Shown in pieces: positions 37,435 to 47,225 of a stretch of DNA of 64,000 nt. The DNA lies in NCBI GenBank assembly GCA_045591115.1, contig JAZNSH010000006.1:27874-91873 (forward strand). Direction: 5' to 3'. The stretch comes from Clostridia bacterium (GTDB taxonomy: Bacteria > Bacillota > Clostridia > Christensenellales > QALW01). The notes beneath the pieces were generated by a model, which worked only from the letters and a program-made list of their open reading frames with translations, searched no databases and was not told the origin of the DNA. Position 1 is the stretch's first letter. Each line of letters opens with the position of its first letter. Made by a program: the position numbers and the translations under genes.

Positions 37435-37529
37435 TTTATTCCTCCTGAATGCTAAATTGAATCCGCAAAACTTGCCTTATATATAATAATGAGTGCCATT
37501 TCTGCAGATTGATACATATTATCTACCCT

Positions 37530-37558
37530 ATCATACCACTAACTGAGCTTAAAGTCAA
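37530..37558 (-). promoter_or_regulatory. sigma-A promoter of the 8-gene carbohydrate operon
   Basis: TTGACT-17-TATGAT with extended TG. Confidence 0.7.
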
Positions 37559-37747
37559 TAAGCAACAAAAAATTTTTTTATTTTTTTATTATTTTTTTTA
37601 TATCCGAAAATGCCCTATTTATGGGGGATTTTATATTTATTTAGCAGTTGTTTAAAATTTTTTTACATTTTTTCACCACATTTTTCTTTCTTTTTTTCCT
37701 TAGAATTATCAATTTAAAAATTTTTTTGATTTTTTTCATTTTGGGTA

Positions 37748-37776
37748 TTGACTTCTTACTCTCTTTAAGGTATATT
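37748..37776 (+). promoter_or_regulatory. sigma-A promoter of the ABC exporter pair
   Basis: TTGACT-17-TATATT. Confidence 0.6.
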
Positions 37777-37827
37777 TATAGCGAATGAAACAAACATTCA
37801 AATTTTTTCCGCATGTGAGGTGTTCTT

Positions 37828-39627
37828 ATGAAGACACTAAAGCGACTTTTTTCATACTATTCTCCTTACCTGGGTATCATGATTCTTTACCTGATTATGG
37901 GTGCTTTGTTGGTTTCCTTGGCTATGCTGTTGCCTCAGATCACAAAGCATATAATCGGTTCTGTTATCGGTGATGACCCTTTTTCGTTTTTTGGTTGGGA
38001 GCTTAACTTAAATAAACAGCAGCTCTTTATTGTGCTGGCTTCCCTTTGGCTTCTTATTGTAGTAGTAAGGCAGGCAATCGGATTTTTGCGTGGATATCTT
38101 ATGGCGAAGGCCTCTCTTAAAGCCGTTTGTAAGATGCGCGAGGATATTTTTGACAGACTTTTGTGGCAATCGGTTTCCTTCATTCAAAAGGAAAATACGG
38201 GAAATATTCTCACTATCCTAAACGGTGATACGGAAATGATCAAAAATTTCTTCACCGGAACTCTTCCTGGCATTATTGAATCTGTTTTCGGCTTCATTTT
38301 TGCAAGTATAATGATTTGGCAAATGAGCCCTTTAATGGTAATCACCGCCTATGTTTTCACTATTCCGTTGTTCATTATTTCAAAGAGAATGAGCAAGGTA
38401 TTTTACAAATGGTATCATTTCGTTCGTGAATCAAGTGCTGACCTGAGTATGGTTACCCAGGAGAATCTTAACGGTATAAGAATAGTTAAGGCTTACGCTC
38501 AGGAGGAGCAGGAAAAGAAGAAGTTTGCCGAGAAGAATGAAGGCTACAGATATCACGCGATTAACTATATGGTCGTTTACTGCAAGGAGTATATTCCCTT
38601 TGCCATTATAAGCCATATTCCAAATATTGTTCTTACGGTTATTGCAGCGTTGCTTGTTGTTAACGGTAATATCAACGGTGTAGATAATAACCCTTGGGCA
38701 ATGACTGTTGCTGAATTTATTGCAGTTGGCGGATATGTTGGATATATTCTCGTTCCCTTCCAGCAAGCTAACAACTGGATAAATGCAGCACAGCAAGCCG
38801 CAACCAGCGCTGAAAAGGTTTTTAAATTCCTTAATATCGGCTCTACCATTGCATCAAAACCCAATGCGGAAAAGCCTGATGTTACAACTGTTGATTTAAA
38901 ATTAAATGAGGTTTCTTTCTCACACGAAGGCAAGAAAATACTTAATAACATAAACATCGATCTTCCCCAAGGAAAGACCCTTGGTATTATCGGAACTACC
39001 GGCAGCGGCAAGACGATGCTCACAAACATTATGGCGCGTTTCTTTGATCCTACAAGCGGCGAGGTTACCATAAACGGGGTTAACGTTAAGGATATGGATC
39101 TTACCACTTTAAGATCGTGCTTCTCACCTGTTTTGCAGGACGTTTTCCTGTTCTCGGATACCATTGCAAAAAACATTGCATTTGGTCGCCCGGATGCAAC
39201 ATATGACGATGTGCGCAGATGTGCAGAAGTAGCTCAAGCACACGGATTTATTTCAAAAATGCCTGATGAATACGATACTATCGTCGGCGAGCGCGGAATG
39301 GGACTTTCAGGCGGACAAAAGCAGAGAATTTCTATTGCCAGAGCACTTTTATACAACTCCCCCATCCTTATCTTTGACGATGCTACAAGTGCTCTTGATA
39401 TGGAAACCGAGCAGGAGCTTTATAAGCGCTTGAAGGAAGAATATTCAAAGCAGAGCCGAATCATAATTGCCCACAGAATTTCATCTGTAAAGGACTGTGA
39501 CGAGATCATCGTTCTTGAAAAAGGAACTATCGTTGAGCGTGGAAACCACCAGGAGCTTGTGGACAAAAAAGGACGTTACTATGAAATTTACAAAGAGCAG
39601 TATTCAACTGTTCTTGAGGCAATGTAA
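37828..39627 (+). CDS. Heterodimeric ABC exporter subunit A
   Basis: TMD plus GTTGSGKT, LSGGQKQR, degenerate IFDD Walker B. Confidence 0.93.
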   Translation: MKTLKRLFSYYSPYLGIMILYLIMGALLVSLAMLLPQITKHIIGSVIGDDPFSFFGWELNLNKQQLFIVLASLWLLIVVVRQAIGFLRGYLMAKASLKAVCKMREDIFDRLLWQSVSFIQKENTGNILTILNGDTEMIKNFFTGTLPGIIESVFGFIFASIMIWQMSPLMVITAYVFTIPLFIISKRMSKVFYKWYHFVRESSADLSMVTQENLNGIRIVKAYAQEEQEKKKFAEKNEGYRYHAINYMVVYCKEYIPFAIISHIPNIVLTVIAALLVVNGNINGVDNNPWAMTVAEFIAVGGYVGYILVPFQQANNWINAAQQAATSAEKVFKFLNIGSTIASKPNAEKPDVTTVDLKLNEVSFSHEGKKILNNINIDLPQGKTLGIIGTTGSGKTMLTNIMARFFDPTSGEVTINGVNVKDMDLTTLRSCFSPVLQDVFLFSDTIAKNIAFGRPDATYDDVRRCAEVAQAHGFISKMPDEYDTIVGERGMGLSGGQKQRISIARALLYNSPILIFDDATSALDMETEQELYKRLKEEYSKQSRIIIAHRISSVKDCDEIIVLEKGTIVERGNHQELVDKKGRYYEIYKEQYSTVLEAM

Positions 39628-39642
39628 AGGAGGTGGCGATAT

Positions 39643-41448
39643 ATGGCACGCAACAGATATATGGATGATGAAAAAGAGGCCTCCAAGCTGAACGCAGGTT
39701 TGTTAAAACGCTTATTGAAATACACCTTTCCCTATAAGAAAAAATTCATTTTAGGTCTCATTCTTCTAATTATAAACGTTCTTATTTCACTGATCTGGCC
39801 GATGCTTTTGCAATGGATGATCGATAATGTTCTTACCGATGGCGGAACACACTATAACGCCGTTACAACTATGCTGATCGCCGTAAGCACCGTCACCCTT
39901 ATTCTTTTTACCGACGTATTTATTGCTTCAAAGCGACTCGTAAAAATTACCGAGCTTGGACATAACACAATTCACGATATCCGAAAAGAGCTTTTCGAGC
40001 ACGTTCAAGGTCTTGCATTCAAGTATTTTGACGACCGTCCCGCAGGAAAAATATTGGTTCGAATTACATCATACGTTGACGGCCTTGCTAACCTTTTATC
40101 AACTTCATTGATTCAGCTTATCGTTGATGTTTTCACTCTTATTTGCATCGTAATAATTCTGCTTTCAATGAACGTAACACTGACGTTAGTCAGCTTTATG
40201 ATACTCATTCCACTTTGCATTTTTATCGTACTTATGAAGCGTGTTATTGCAAAGTGGTCACGAAGGGTAAGAACCAAAGCAAGTAACCGTACCGCTTATC
40301 TTCACGAAAATATTATGGGTGTGAACGTTACCCAATCATTTAACCGTGAGAATAAGAACAGCGAGGAGCTTGTAAGACTTGATAACGACGTAAATCATCA
40401 ATTTATACGTTTTCATATTTCAAGTGCTACTATGCTTCCTGCAGTTGATATTCTTTCAACTCTCGGAACAATTCTCGTATATTACTTCGCCATTCAGTTT
40501 ATTTCCGACGGTAATATGACTTTAGGCGCGCTTACTGCTTTTACCTCATATATGACTCGTTTCTGGCAGCCTATTTCGTCGTTTACAAACATTTTTACAC
40601 AATTCAGCGAAGCAGCCGGTAATATTGAAAGAATTTTTGAAACGATTGATACTCCTTCAGACATTCAGGACTCACCCGATGCATACGAGCTTCCTGATAT
40701 AACGGGCAGTGTTGAGTATAAAAACGTTACATTCTCTTATGACAACGAACACAACATTCTCGAAAATGTTTCCTTTACTGTAAAACCCGGTGAAATGATC
40801 GCATTCGTAGGTCCTACCGGTGCAGGAAAGACTACCGTTGTTAACTTACTTTCACGATTTTATGATGTAACGGGCGGAAGTGTTGAAATTGACGGTCACG
40901 ACGTAAGAAACGTTACCCTCTCTTCCCTTCGCACTCAGGTTGGCGTTATGATGCAGGATTCCTTCGTTTTCTCAGGAACGGTTATTGATAACATTCGTTA
41001 CGGCAGACCTGATGCCACCGATGAAGAGTGCATTGCTGCCGCTGAAAAGGTTTATGCCTCAGACTTCATTGAAGCACTGCCCAAGGGTTATTACACCAAG
41101 CTTGAGGAACGCGGTGCAGGACTTTCTACTGGCGAAAGACAGTTATTATCCTTTGCCCGTGCAGTTCTTGCCGATCCGAAAATTCTTATTCTTGATGAGG
41201 CAACCTCATCTATTGATACGCAGACAGAGATGCTTATTCAGCGCGCATTACAGAAGCTTCTTGAAAACAGAACAAGCTTTGTTATTGCACACAGACTTTC
41301 TACCATAAAACGCGCTGATCAGATTATGTGCATCGCCAATAAGGGCATTGCGGAAAGAGGCACTCATCAAGAGCTTATGGATATGAAAGGCATTTACTAT
41401 GAATTAAATATGAGCCAATACAGGGCTCTTGTAAACAAGGAGAACTAA
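39643..41448 (+). CDS. Heterodimeric ABC exporter subunit B
   Basis: TMD plus GPTGAGKT, degenerate LSTGERQ, ILDE. Confidence 0.93.
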   Translation: MARNRYMDDEKEASKLNAGLLKRLLKYTFPYKKKFILGLILLIINVLISLIWPMLLQWMIDNVLTDGGTHYNAVTTMLIAVSTVTLILFTDVFIASKRLVKITELGHNTIHDIRKELFEHVQGLAFKYFDDRPAGKILVRITSYVDGLANLLSTSLIQLIVDVFTLICIVIILLSMNVTLTLVSFMILIPLCIFIVLMKRVIAKWSRRVRTKASNRTAYLHENIMGVNVTQSFNRENKNSEELVRLDNDVNHQFIRFHISSATMLPAVDILSTLGTILVYYFAIQFISDGNMTLGALTAFTSYMTRFWQPISSFTNIFTQFSEAAGNIERIFETIDTPSDIQDSPDAYELPDITGSVEYKNVTFSYDNEHNILENVSFTVKPGEMIAFVGPTGAGKTTVVNLLSRFYDVTGGSVEIDGHDVRNVTLSSLRTQVGVMMQDSFVFSGTVIDNIRYGRPDATDEECIAAAEKVYASDFIEALPKGYYTKLEERGAGLSTGERQLLSFARAVLADPKILILDEATSSIDTQTEMLIQRALQKLLENRTSFVIAHRLSTIKRADQIMCIANKGIAERGTHQELMDMKGIYYELNMSQYRALVNKEN

Positions 41449-42710
41449 TGGAATATATTATCATCGCTTTACTTTCAATCTTACTTTTGATCTCAACCGT
41501 TCTTTTGGTTTTGATACTGAAAAAAATAAGCTCAAAGGATTCTGACGAAGCCATCAAAAGAGAAAATGAAAACTTAAAAAATATGATACTCCATCAGAAC
41601 AGCGAGCTTAGAAAAGAGTTAAATTCTACCTTGGCAAGCTATAATACCGCCGTGAACAATACGGTAAACCAGCAGATCACTCTTTTACAAAATCAGATGA
41701 AGGAATTTTCCCAGGCTCAGCGTGATGCTTCAGAGGCGGAGCGCCGTCAGCTTGATGAAATGCGCAGAACGATGGAAAATAATCTTCGTTCCATTCAAAC
41801 CGACAATGCAGAAAAGCTTGAAAAAATGCGCGAAACCGTTGATGAAAAGCTTTCTTCAACACTCGAAAAACGCTTAACAGAAAGCTTTTCAACTGTTGGA
41901 AAGCAGCTTGAAAACGTATATAAGGGTCTTGGTGAAATGCAACACCTTGCTTCAAGCGTCGGTGATCTGAAAACTGCGCTGACCAACGTAAAGGTTCGTG
42001 GTACTTGGGGTGAAGTTTCCTTGGACAGCCTTCTTTCACAGCTCCTATCCCCCGAGCAATATAAGCGCAACGTTAAACCGAATCCACGAAAAAACAATAT
42101 TGTTGAGTTCTGTATTTGCTTGCCTAATAACGAAAATAACGATATCGTTTATCTGCCCATTGACTGTAAGTTCCCCATCGAAGATTATTTGCGTTTGTGT
42201 GAGGCTTCAGAAAATGGAGATGCCGCAGGAATCGAGCTTGCAGGAAAGAGTCTTGAGCAATCTATCAAGCTTTCCGCAAGGACTATAAGAGATAAATATA
42301 TTGATCCTCCCTATACTACCGATTTTGCTATTATGTATCTTCCCATTGAAGGCTTATATGCAGAGGTTGCAAAAAAAGTTGGATTATGCGAGCTTTTACA
42401 GCGTGAATATCGCGTTACTGTTGCAGGGCCAACTACAATCGGTGCTTTCCTTAACAGTCTTCAGCTTGGGTTCAAGACCCTTGCCATACAAAAGCGTACA
42501 AGCCAGATAACAAAGCTGCTTGTGGATATAAAGAAAAACTTCGGTGTTTTTGCTGAGCTTCTTGATAAGACTCGCAAAAAGCTGGATGAAGCAAGCGGAA
42601 AGATAGCTGATGCAACTTCAAGATACCAGAAAATTGATAATCTTTTGGGCAAGGCTGACGTTTACGTTATTGAAGAAACGTCTTCCGCAGCTGAAGAAAA
42701 CGAAAATTAA
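41448..42710 (+). CDS. rmuC: DNA recombination protein RmuC
   Basis: N-terminal TM, coiled coil, RGTWGE, LPIDCKFP, FAIMYLPIEGLY. Confidence 0.93.
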   Translation: MEYIIIALLSILLLISTVLLVLILKKISSKDSDEAIKRENENLKNMILHQNSELRKELNSTLASYNTAVNNTVNQQITLLQNQMKEFSQAQRDASEAERRQLDEMRRTMENNLRSIQTDNAEKLEKMRETVDEKLSSTLEKRLTESFSTVGKQLENVYKGLGEMQHLASSVGDLKTALTNVKVRGTWGEVSLDSLLSQLLSPEQYKRNVKPNPRKNNIVEFCICLPNNENNDIVYLPIDCKFPIEDYLRLCEASENGDAAGIELAGKSLEQSIKLSARTIRDKYIDPPYTTDFAIMYLPIEGLYAEVAKKVGLCELLQREYRVTVAGPTTIGAFLNSLQLGFKTLAIQKRTSQITKLLVDIKKNFGVFAELLDKTRKKLDEASGKIADATSRYQKIDNLLGKADVYVIEETSSAAEENEN

Positions 42711-42760
42711 ACTTTTTTATCAAATTTTCATATACATAAATCAAATAATATAGTATAATT

Positions 42761-42797
42761 ATATTCGGTGTATAATATTTGCACCGAATATTTTTTT
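42761..42797 (+). terminator. Intrinsic terminator after rmuC
   Basis: ATATTCGGTG...CACCGAATAT-TTTTTT. Confidence 0.65.
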
Positions 42798-42808
42798 GAG
42801 TGTGGAAT

Positions 42809-43486
42809 ATGAAAATAGAGAAAACTAAAAATCAAAAGCGCATATATGCATTATTTTTAGGCATTGTGCTCATTATAGCACTGTCTTTTGTATTTAACTT
42901 TTTTTGGCAAAACCATAATTACGTTACACGAGATAGGCTTATAATACATTGTTACCAAACTAATATCGGTGGATCCGACGGTGAAAAGTGGGCTGAGCAT
43001 TTAAAGAAACAGTTTCCTGACATACCTGATTTCGAGGTAAGCGTTTATGATACAAAATCAGCAGGAAATGATTCAATTACCATAACTACCGAAAATGGAT
43101 GGTCACAAATAAGCACCCGTTTATATAACGGCGAGGGCGATATTCTTTTAGTGGATAATTCGACCTTTTATAACGTTCTTATGGCTCAAGATCTTGTTTT
43201 ACCGCTTAACGGTGATTTTGACGCCCCTGTTACCGATAAAAACGGCGTTGTGTTCGGTGTTGACGTGACGGGAAAAACTACCGAGGGGCTTCTTAATTAC
43301 GGAACAAGTAAATATGTTGCGCAGGGACAAAAGCTCCCAATAATGCCACTTGAACATAGTGAATTCTCTCTCAACGGCTTTAATTATTCGCCAAGAGTCA
43401 TTGCGGTTATCTTTAAAGGCTCGGAAAAGGCAGAGCAATCACAAGAATTACTCAGCACTCTCTTTGGGGAGGTAGACAATGAATAA
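42809..43486 (+). CDS. Hypothetical membrane-anchored protein (truncated solute-binding-like)
   Basis: N-terminal TM; GEGDILLVD...LVLPL pattern. Confidence 0.6.
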   Translation: MKIEKTKNQKRIYALFLGIVLIIALSFVFNFFWQNHNYVTRDRLIIHCYQTNIGGSDGEKWAEHLKKQFPDIPDFEVSVYDTKSAGNDSITITTENGWSQISTRLYNGEGDILLVDNSTFYNVLMAQDLVLPLNGDFDAPVTDKNGVVFGVDVTGKTTEGLLNYGTSKYVAQGQKLPIMPLEHSEFSLNGFNYSPRVIAVIFKGSEKAEQSQELLSTLFGEVDNE

Positions 43487-44063
43487 ACTCAAGTATGCAA
43501 TTTATCATGGTAAGTTAGTTATTCTTTTACTGATAATTTTGTTATATTTCATCACTTCATTCATTTTTAACGCAATATCACAGTTTAAATCAGCTGATGA
43601 CGGCATTGAAATGCTCTTTGTTGATGTTTGGGTATCATCTGACGGTAACAGCGGTTTAGTTGATAATGTTAAAGAAAAAACCAACGTTGAATATGTAGGT
43701 TATGCAACGATTTCGGAAAAAGAGATAACCGATTACGTTAAGACTATTTCAAATTACACCGTTTCCGATCATCTTAATATCACCGCACAATCCAAGGACG
43801 TTGAAATAATCTTCGTTCCCGAAAGATTGCTTAATGATGTTTATAAGATGCAATGCATCCTTCCCCTTGATTTAGCCGGTGATTTTGATGAAAAATGCTA
43901 TTATGACGGTGTTTTATACGCTTTTCCGCTAAAAAATGCAATTGTTACCGATAAAAATGCAAAGGTTCTCGCATTAGAAAACACATATGCGGTTCTTCTA
44001 AACGGAGACCACGTTGAAGATATGAGATCATTCTTAAAAGTTTTACCTATGGAGGAAGAATAA
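43479..44063 (+). CDS. Hypothetical membrane-anchored protein, similar architecture to upstream gene
   Basis: GGAGG RBS; N-terminal TM; DVEIIFV...ILPLD...YDGVLYAFP. Confidence 0.6.
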   Translation: MNKLKYAIYHGKLVILLLIILLYFITSFIFNAISQFKSADDGIEMLFVDVWVSSDGNSGLVDNVKEKTNVEYVGYATISEKEITDYVKTISNYTVSDHLNITAQSKDVEIIFVPERLLNDVYKMQCILPLDLAGDFDEKCYYDGVLYAFPLKNAIVTDKNAKVLALENTYAVLLNGDHVEDMRSFLKVLPMEEE

Positions 44064-45892
44064 TGTATCAGCAAGTTTGTTCACCTAAAAAGGCATCACC
44101 ATTAAAAACAATAATTACAATAGTAATTCTATTGATTTTCGTTATTGCTTTATATGTTGGTTTCAGTTTTATCAAAACTTCCGTTCACCCTACTTCAGTA
44201 GCAGGAGCGGCTTTGCTTATTTCGTTGCTTATCGCTTATTTTGTTACCAAGCCTTCTCAGAGCAATTACGTTTATGAAGTAGACAGCGATACCTTAACAA
44301 TAAAGCAGGTTGCCGCAAAACGAGTTGTTAAAGAAATTAAGCTCAACAAAGCTGAAATTTCCGATCTTGCAAAAGGAAAAGGTGGTTTAAGATTATATAC
44401 TTCAGGAAGTGTTCCCTATACTTTTTCTGCAAAAGATAAAAAATACACCATTGCGCCTGATAAGACTCTGCTTAGTTACCTCGAAAATCCTTCATTTACC
44501 GATGCATATATTGATAACAGTTTTGAAGAATTATTGGATAATCTTAAGAAGCTTATGACTATTCCCTCTGTTAAAGAAAATCCGCTTGAGGGTATGCCCT
44601 TTGGTAAGCCTTGTGCCGATGCTTTGGAATACACCTTATCTCTCTGTGAAGAATTCGGAATGAGAACAAAAAATCTTGATAACTACTGCGGTTGGGCAGA
44701 AATCGGTGAGGGCGAAAAGCTCATCGCAATTCTTTGCCATTTGGACGTTGTTCCCGCCGGTGACGGATGGAATACCGATCCTTTCACTGCAGTTATTGAT
44801 GGTGAAGAGTTACTTGGCAGGGGTGCTATTGATGATAAAGGTCCCGCTCTTGCCGCAATTTACAGCGTTAAGGCAGTTAAAGAAAAATTTGATAATATCC
44901 CTGCAAGAATACGTATTATTTTCGGTTGTGATGAGGAAAGCGGTTGGGGTTGTATGGAAAGATACGCTGAGACTGAGGAAACTCCTCATATGGCTTTCAC
45001 ACCTGATGCAGAATACCCCGTTATTATTACCGAAAAGGGTATCGTACACTATAATATTCAGACGAGCCTGGAAGAAGGCGAATATCAGCTTTATCTTAAA
45101 GGCGGTCTCCGCGCAAATATGGTTCCCGATAAAGCGCAGGCAACTGTTATAGGAAATATTGATAAGCTTTTCAATGTGCTTAACGAGTATGACGTACACT
45201 CAAAAGGCCTCAGCTTTTCAACAAAGGGCAACGTGCTTACCATTGATTCTGTTGGCGTTGGCGCACACGGTTCCACACCTCAGAAAGGCACCAATGCTTT
45301 CTTTGAGCTTTTCAAATTCCTTAAGGTCCTTGATTTAAAGGGTAGTCAAGGTCAGTTTGTTGACAATATGGTAAATATATTCACCGACAAAACTGACGGA
45401 AGCGGTGCTAATTTAAAGCTTTCCGATGAAATTTCAGGCGAGCTTACCCTTAACTTGGGTATGTGCTTTATCGGCAAAAATGACGTTTTCCCCGAGATGA
45501 ACGATGATTCCTGCAAAATAGTTATTGATATACGCTACCCCGTTACCTCTAATATTGAGGACATTTCCTTTAAGCTTCAGAGTGCTTTACCCAATTCGTG
45601 GGAATGTGAAATTGAGCACCAGCAGGATCCTCACCACGTTGACAAGGATTCCCCTCTTGTCCAAACGCTTCTTGAGGTTTATAAAAATTATACCGGCAGA
45701 GATGAAGCTCCCCTTGCTATCGGTGGCGGAACCTATGCAAGAACTTTACCGGGAAAAGCTGTTGCTTTCGGTGTTCAATTCCTCGAAAGACCTGATCGCG
45801 CACATCAACCCAACGAGGGAATTAACCTTGAAGATTTGAAGTTAAGCACAAAGATGTTTGCAAGCGTATTGGAAAAGCTTTCTTTTAACTAA
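44063..45892 (+). CDS. pepV: PepV/Sapep M20 dipeptidase fused to an N-terminal 2-TM domain
   Basis: HLDVVP, GRGAIDDKG, GCDEESG, PDAEYP, GGGTYAR, AHQPNE; about 145-aa membrane extension. Confidence 0.85.
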   Translation: MYQQVCSPKKASPLKTIITIVILLIFVIALYVGFSFIKTSVHPTSVAGAALLISLLIAYFVTKPSQSNYVYEVDSDTLTIKQVAAKRVVKEIKLNKAEISDLAKGKGGLRLYTSGSVPYTFSAKDKKYTIAPDKTLLSYLENPSFTDAYIDNSFEELLDNLKKLMTIPSVKENPLEGMPFGKPCADALEYTLSLCEEFGMRTKNLDNYCGWAEIGEGEKLIAILCHLDVVPAGDGWNTDPFTAVIDGEELLGRGAIDDKGPALAAIYSVKAVKEKFDNIPARIRIIFGCDEESGWGCMERYAETEETPHMAFTPDAEYPVIITEKGIVHYNIQTSLEEGEYQLYLKGGLRANMVPDKAQATVIGNIDKLFNVLNEYDVHSKGLSFSTKGNVLTIDSVGVGAHGSTPQKGTNAFFELFKFLKVLDLKGSQGQFVDNMVNIFTDKTDGSGANLKLSDEISGELTLNLGMCFIGKNDVFPEMNDDSCKIVIDIRYPVTSNIEDISFKLQSALPNSWECEIEHQQDPHHVDKDSPLVQTLLEVYKNYTGRDEAPLAIGGGTYARTLPGKAVAFGVQFLERPDRAHQPNEGINLEDLKLSTKMFASVLEKLSFN

Positions 45893-45899
45893 AAAATTG

Positions 45900-45928
45900 T
45901 TGAAAAAAATCGCATTTTTTGTTATAAT
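45900..45928 (+). promoter_or_regulatory. sigma-A promoter
   Basis: TTGAAA-17-TATAAT with extended TG. Confidence 0.65.
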
Positions 45929-45969
45929 AAATCAATATAGTAATATATGGTGTTTTTTCGGAGCGCAAA

Positions 45970-46155
45970 ATGTTTGATATTGCTTTAGGAGATACGGTGA
46001 TAACAAAGAAAAATCATCCTTGCGGCAGTAACAGTTGGGAATGTGTAAGGTGCGGTGCTGACATAAAGCTTAAGTGCCTCACTTGCGGAAGAATAATTAT
46101 GCTTGACCGTGAAGAATGTGAAAAACGCACAAAAAAAATTATTAAGGCGGAATGA
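45970..46155 (+). CDS. DUF951 family protein
   Basis: KKNHPCGS..W...R.GADIKLKC..CGR. Confidence 0.92.
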   Translation: MFDIALGDTVITKKNHPCGSNSWECVRCGADIKLKCLTCGRIIMLDREECEKRTKKIIKAE

Positions 46156-47225
46156 AAATGGCAAAAAAGCAAAAAGAAAACGAAGTTTTTTTTAATTTAT
46201 TTAATGCTGAAGATGACTCGGTTGAAAATGAAAATTCTGAGGAAACTCAGCAGAACGGTTCTGAAGAATTTATTTCCATTGCTCACATAGAAAACGAATC
46301 TGTTGCTGATGCAGTTGAGAATACGGATACAGACGAACCTGTTCAAACGACCATATTTGATCTCATTGATGAAACAGTTGAATTAAAAGAATATACATTA
46401 GACGGTGAAGAATCCTCAAACAATCTTGTTGTTGAACCCGTTAAAAGGGAAGATGACTTCAATGAATCCGAGATGGTTTCAATGCTTGAAACAAATCCCC
46501 TTGTTGACGAGCAAGAGCCCCCTGAGGTTTTTGTTGATGATATTGCGGATCAAACTGATATTTTCAACAATTTACCTTCCTACAAGGAAATAAAAAAATC
46601 TGCAACCGATCAGTTTGAAACCCCCTATCTTTATAATGGCAAAAACTCCGATCACGTTCGTTATAGACTTTCATTGCCATCAAAAAGAAATGCAAAATTT
46701 AACAGGATCAAAAAAATTATGTTTGGTTGGTTGATAACTATTGTTGCCGCAGTTCTGGTTGCCGTTATTTTGCGTGCATTCGTTTTCGTCATTGCTACTG
46801 TTGACGGTCCCAGTATGATGCCTACACTGGATCATAACGAAAAATTGCTCGTTACAAAATTCACTTATACCTTTTCCGATATTGAGCGCGGAGATGTTGT
46901 TATCTGCCGTTACGATAAGAACGGATATAATGATGTTTACGTTAAGCGCGTTATCGGCTTAGGCGGTGAACACGTTCGCCTTACAAACGGCACTGTATTT
47001 ATTGATGACGTACCTCTTTCCGAGGATTATATCCTTGAGCCGATGATATGCGAGGATGCCGATTTCTACGTTCCCGAGGGCTCTGTTTTCGTTATGGGCG
47101 ATAACAGGAATAATTCTGCTGACAGCAGAAAGATCGGGCCAATAAAAGAAGAGCAGATAATCGGCAAAGTACAGTTACGCATTTCCCCCTTAAATAAGTT
47201 CGGTTCCCTGGAGGACAAAAAGTGA
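46152..47225 (+). CDS. lepB: Signal peptidase I with long acidic N-terminal extension
   Basis: GPSMMPTL, VKRVIG, GDNRNNSADSR after a TM at about aa 190. Confidence 0.9.
   Translation: MKMAKKQKENEVFFNLFNAEDDSVENENSEETQQNGSEEFISIAHIENESVADAVENTDTDEPVQTTIFDLIDETVELKEYTLDGEESSNNLVVEPVKREDDFNESEMVSMLETNPLVDEQEPPEVFVDDIADQTDIFNNLPSYKEIKKSATDQFETPYLYNGKNSDHVRYRLSLPSKRNAKFNRIKKIMFGWLITIVAAVLVAVILRAFVFVIATVDGPSMMPTLDHNEKLLVTKFTYTFSDIERGDVVICRYDKNGYNDVYVKRVIGLGGEHVRLTNGTVFIDDVPLSEDYILEPMICEDADFYVPEGSVFVMGDNRNNSADSRKIGPIKEEQIIGKVQLRISPLNKFGSLEDKK

Noticed and set aside
37560-37745. AT-rich poly-T/A tract as an origin or repeat
   Set aside because: No DnaA boxes or iterons seen; consistent with a divergent promoter spacer
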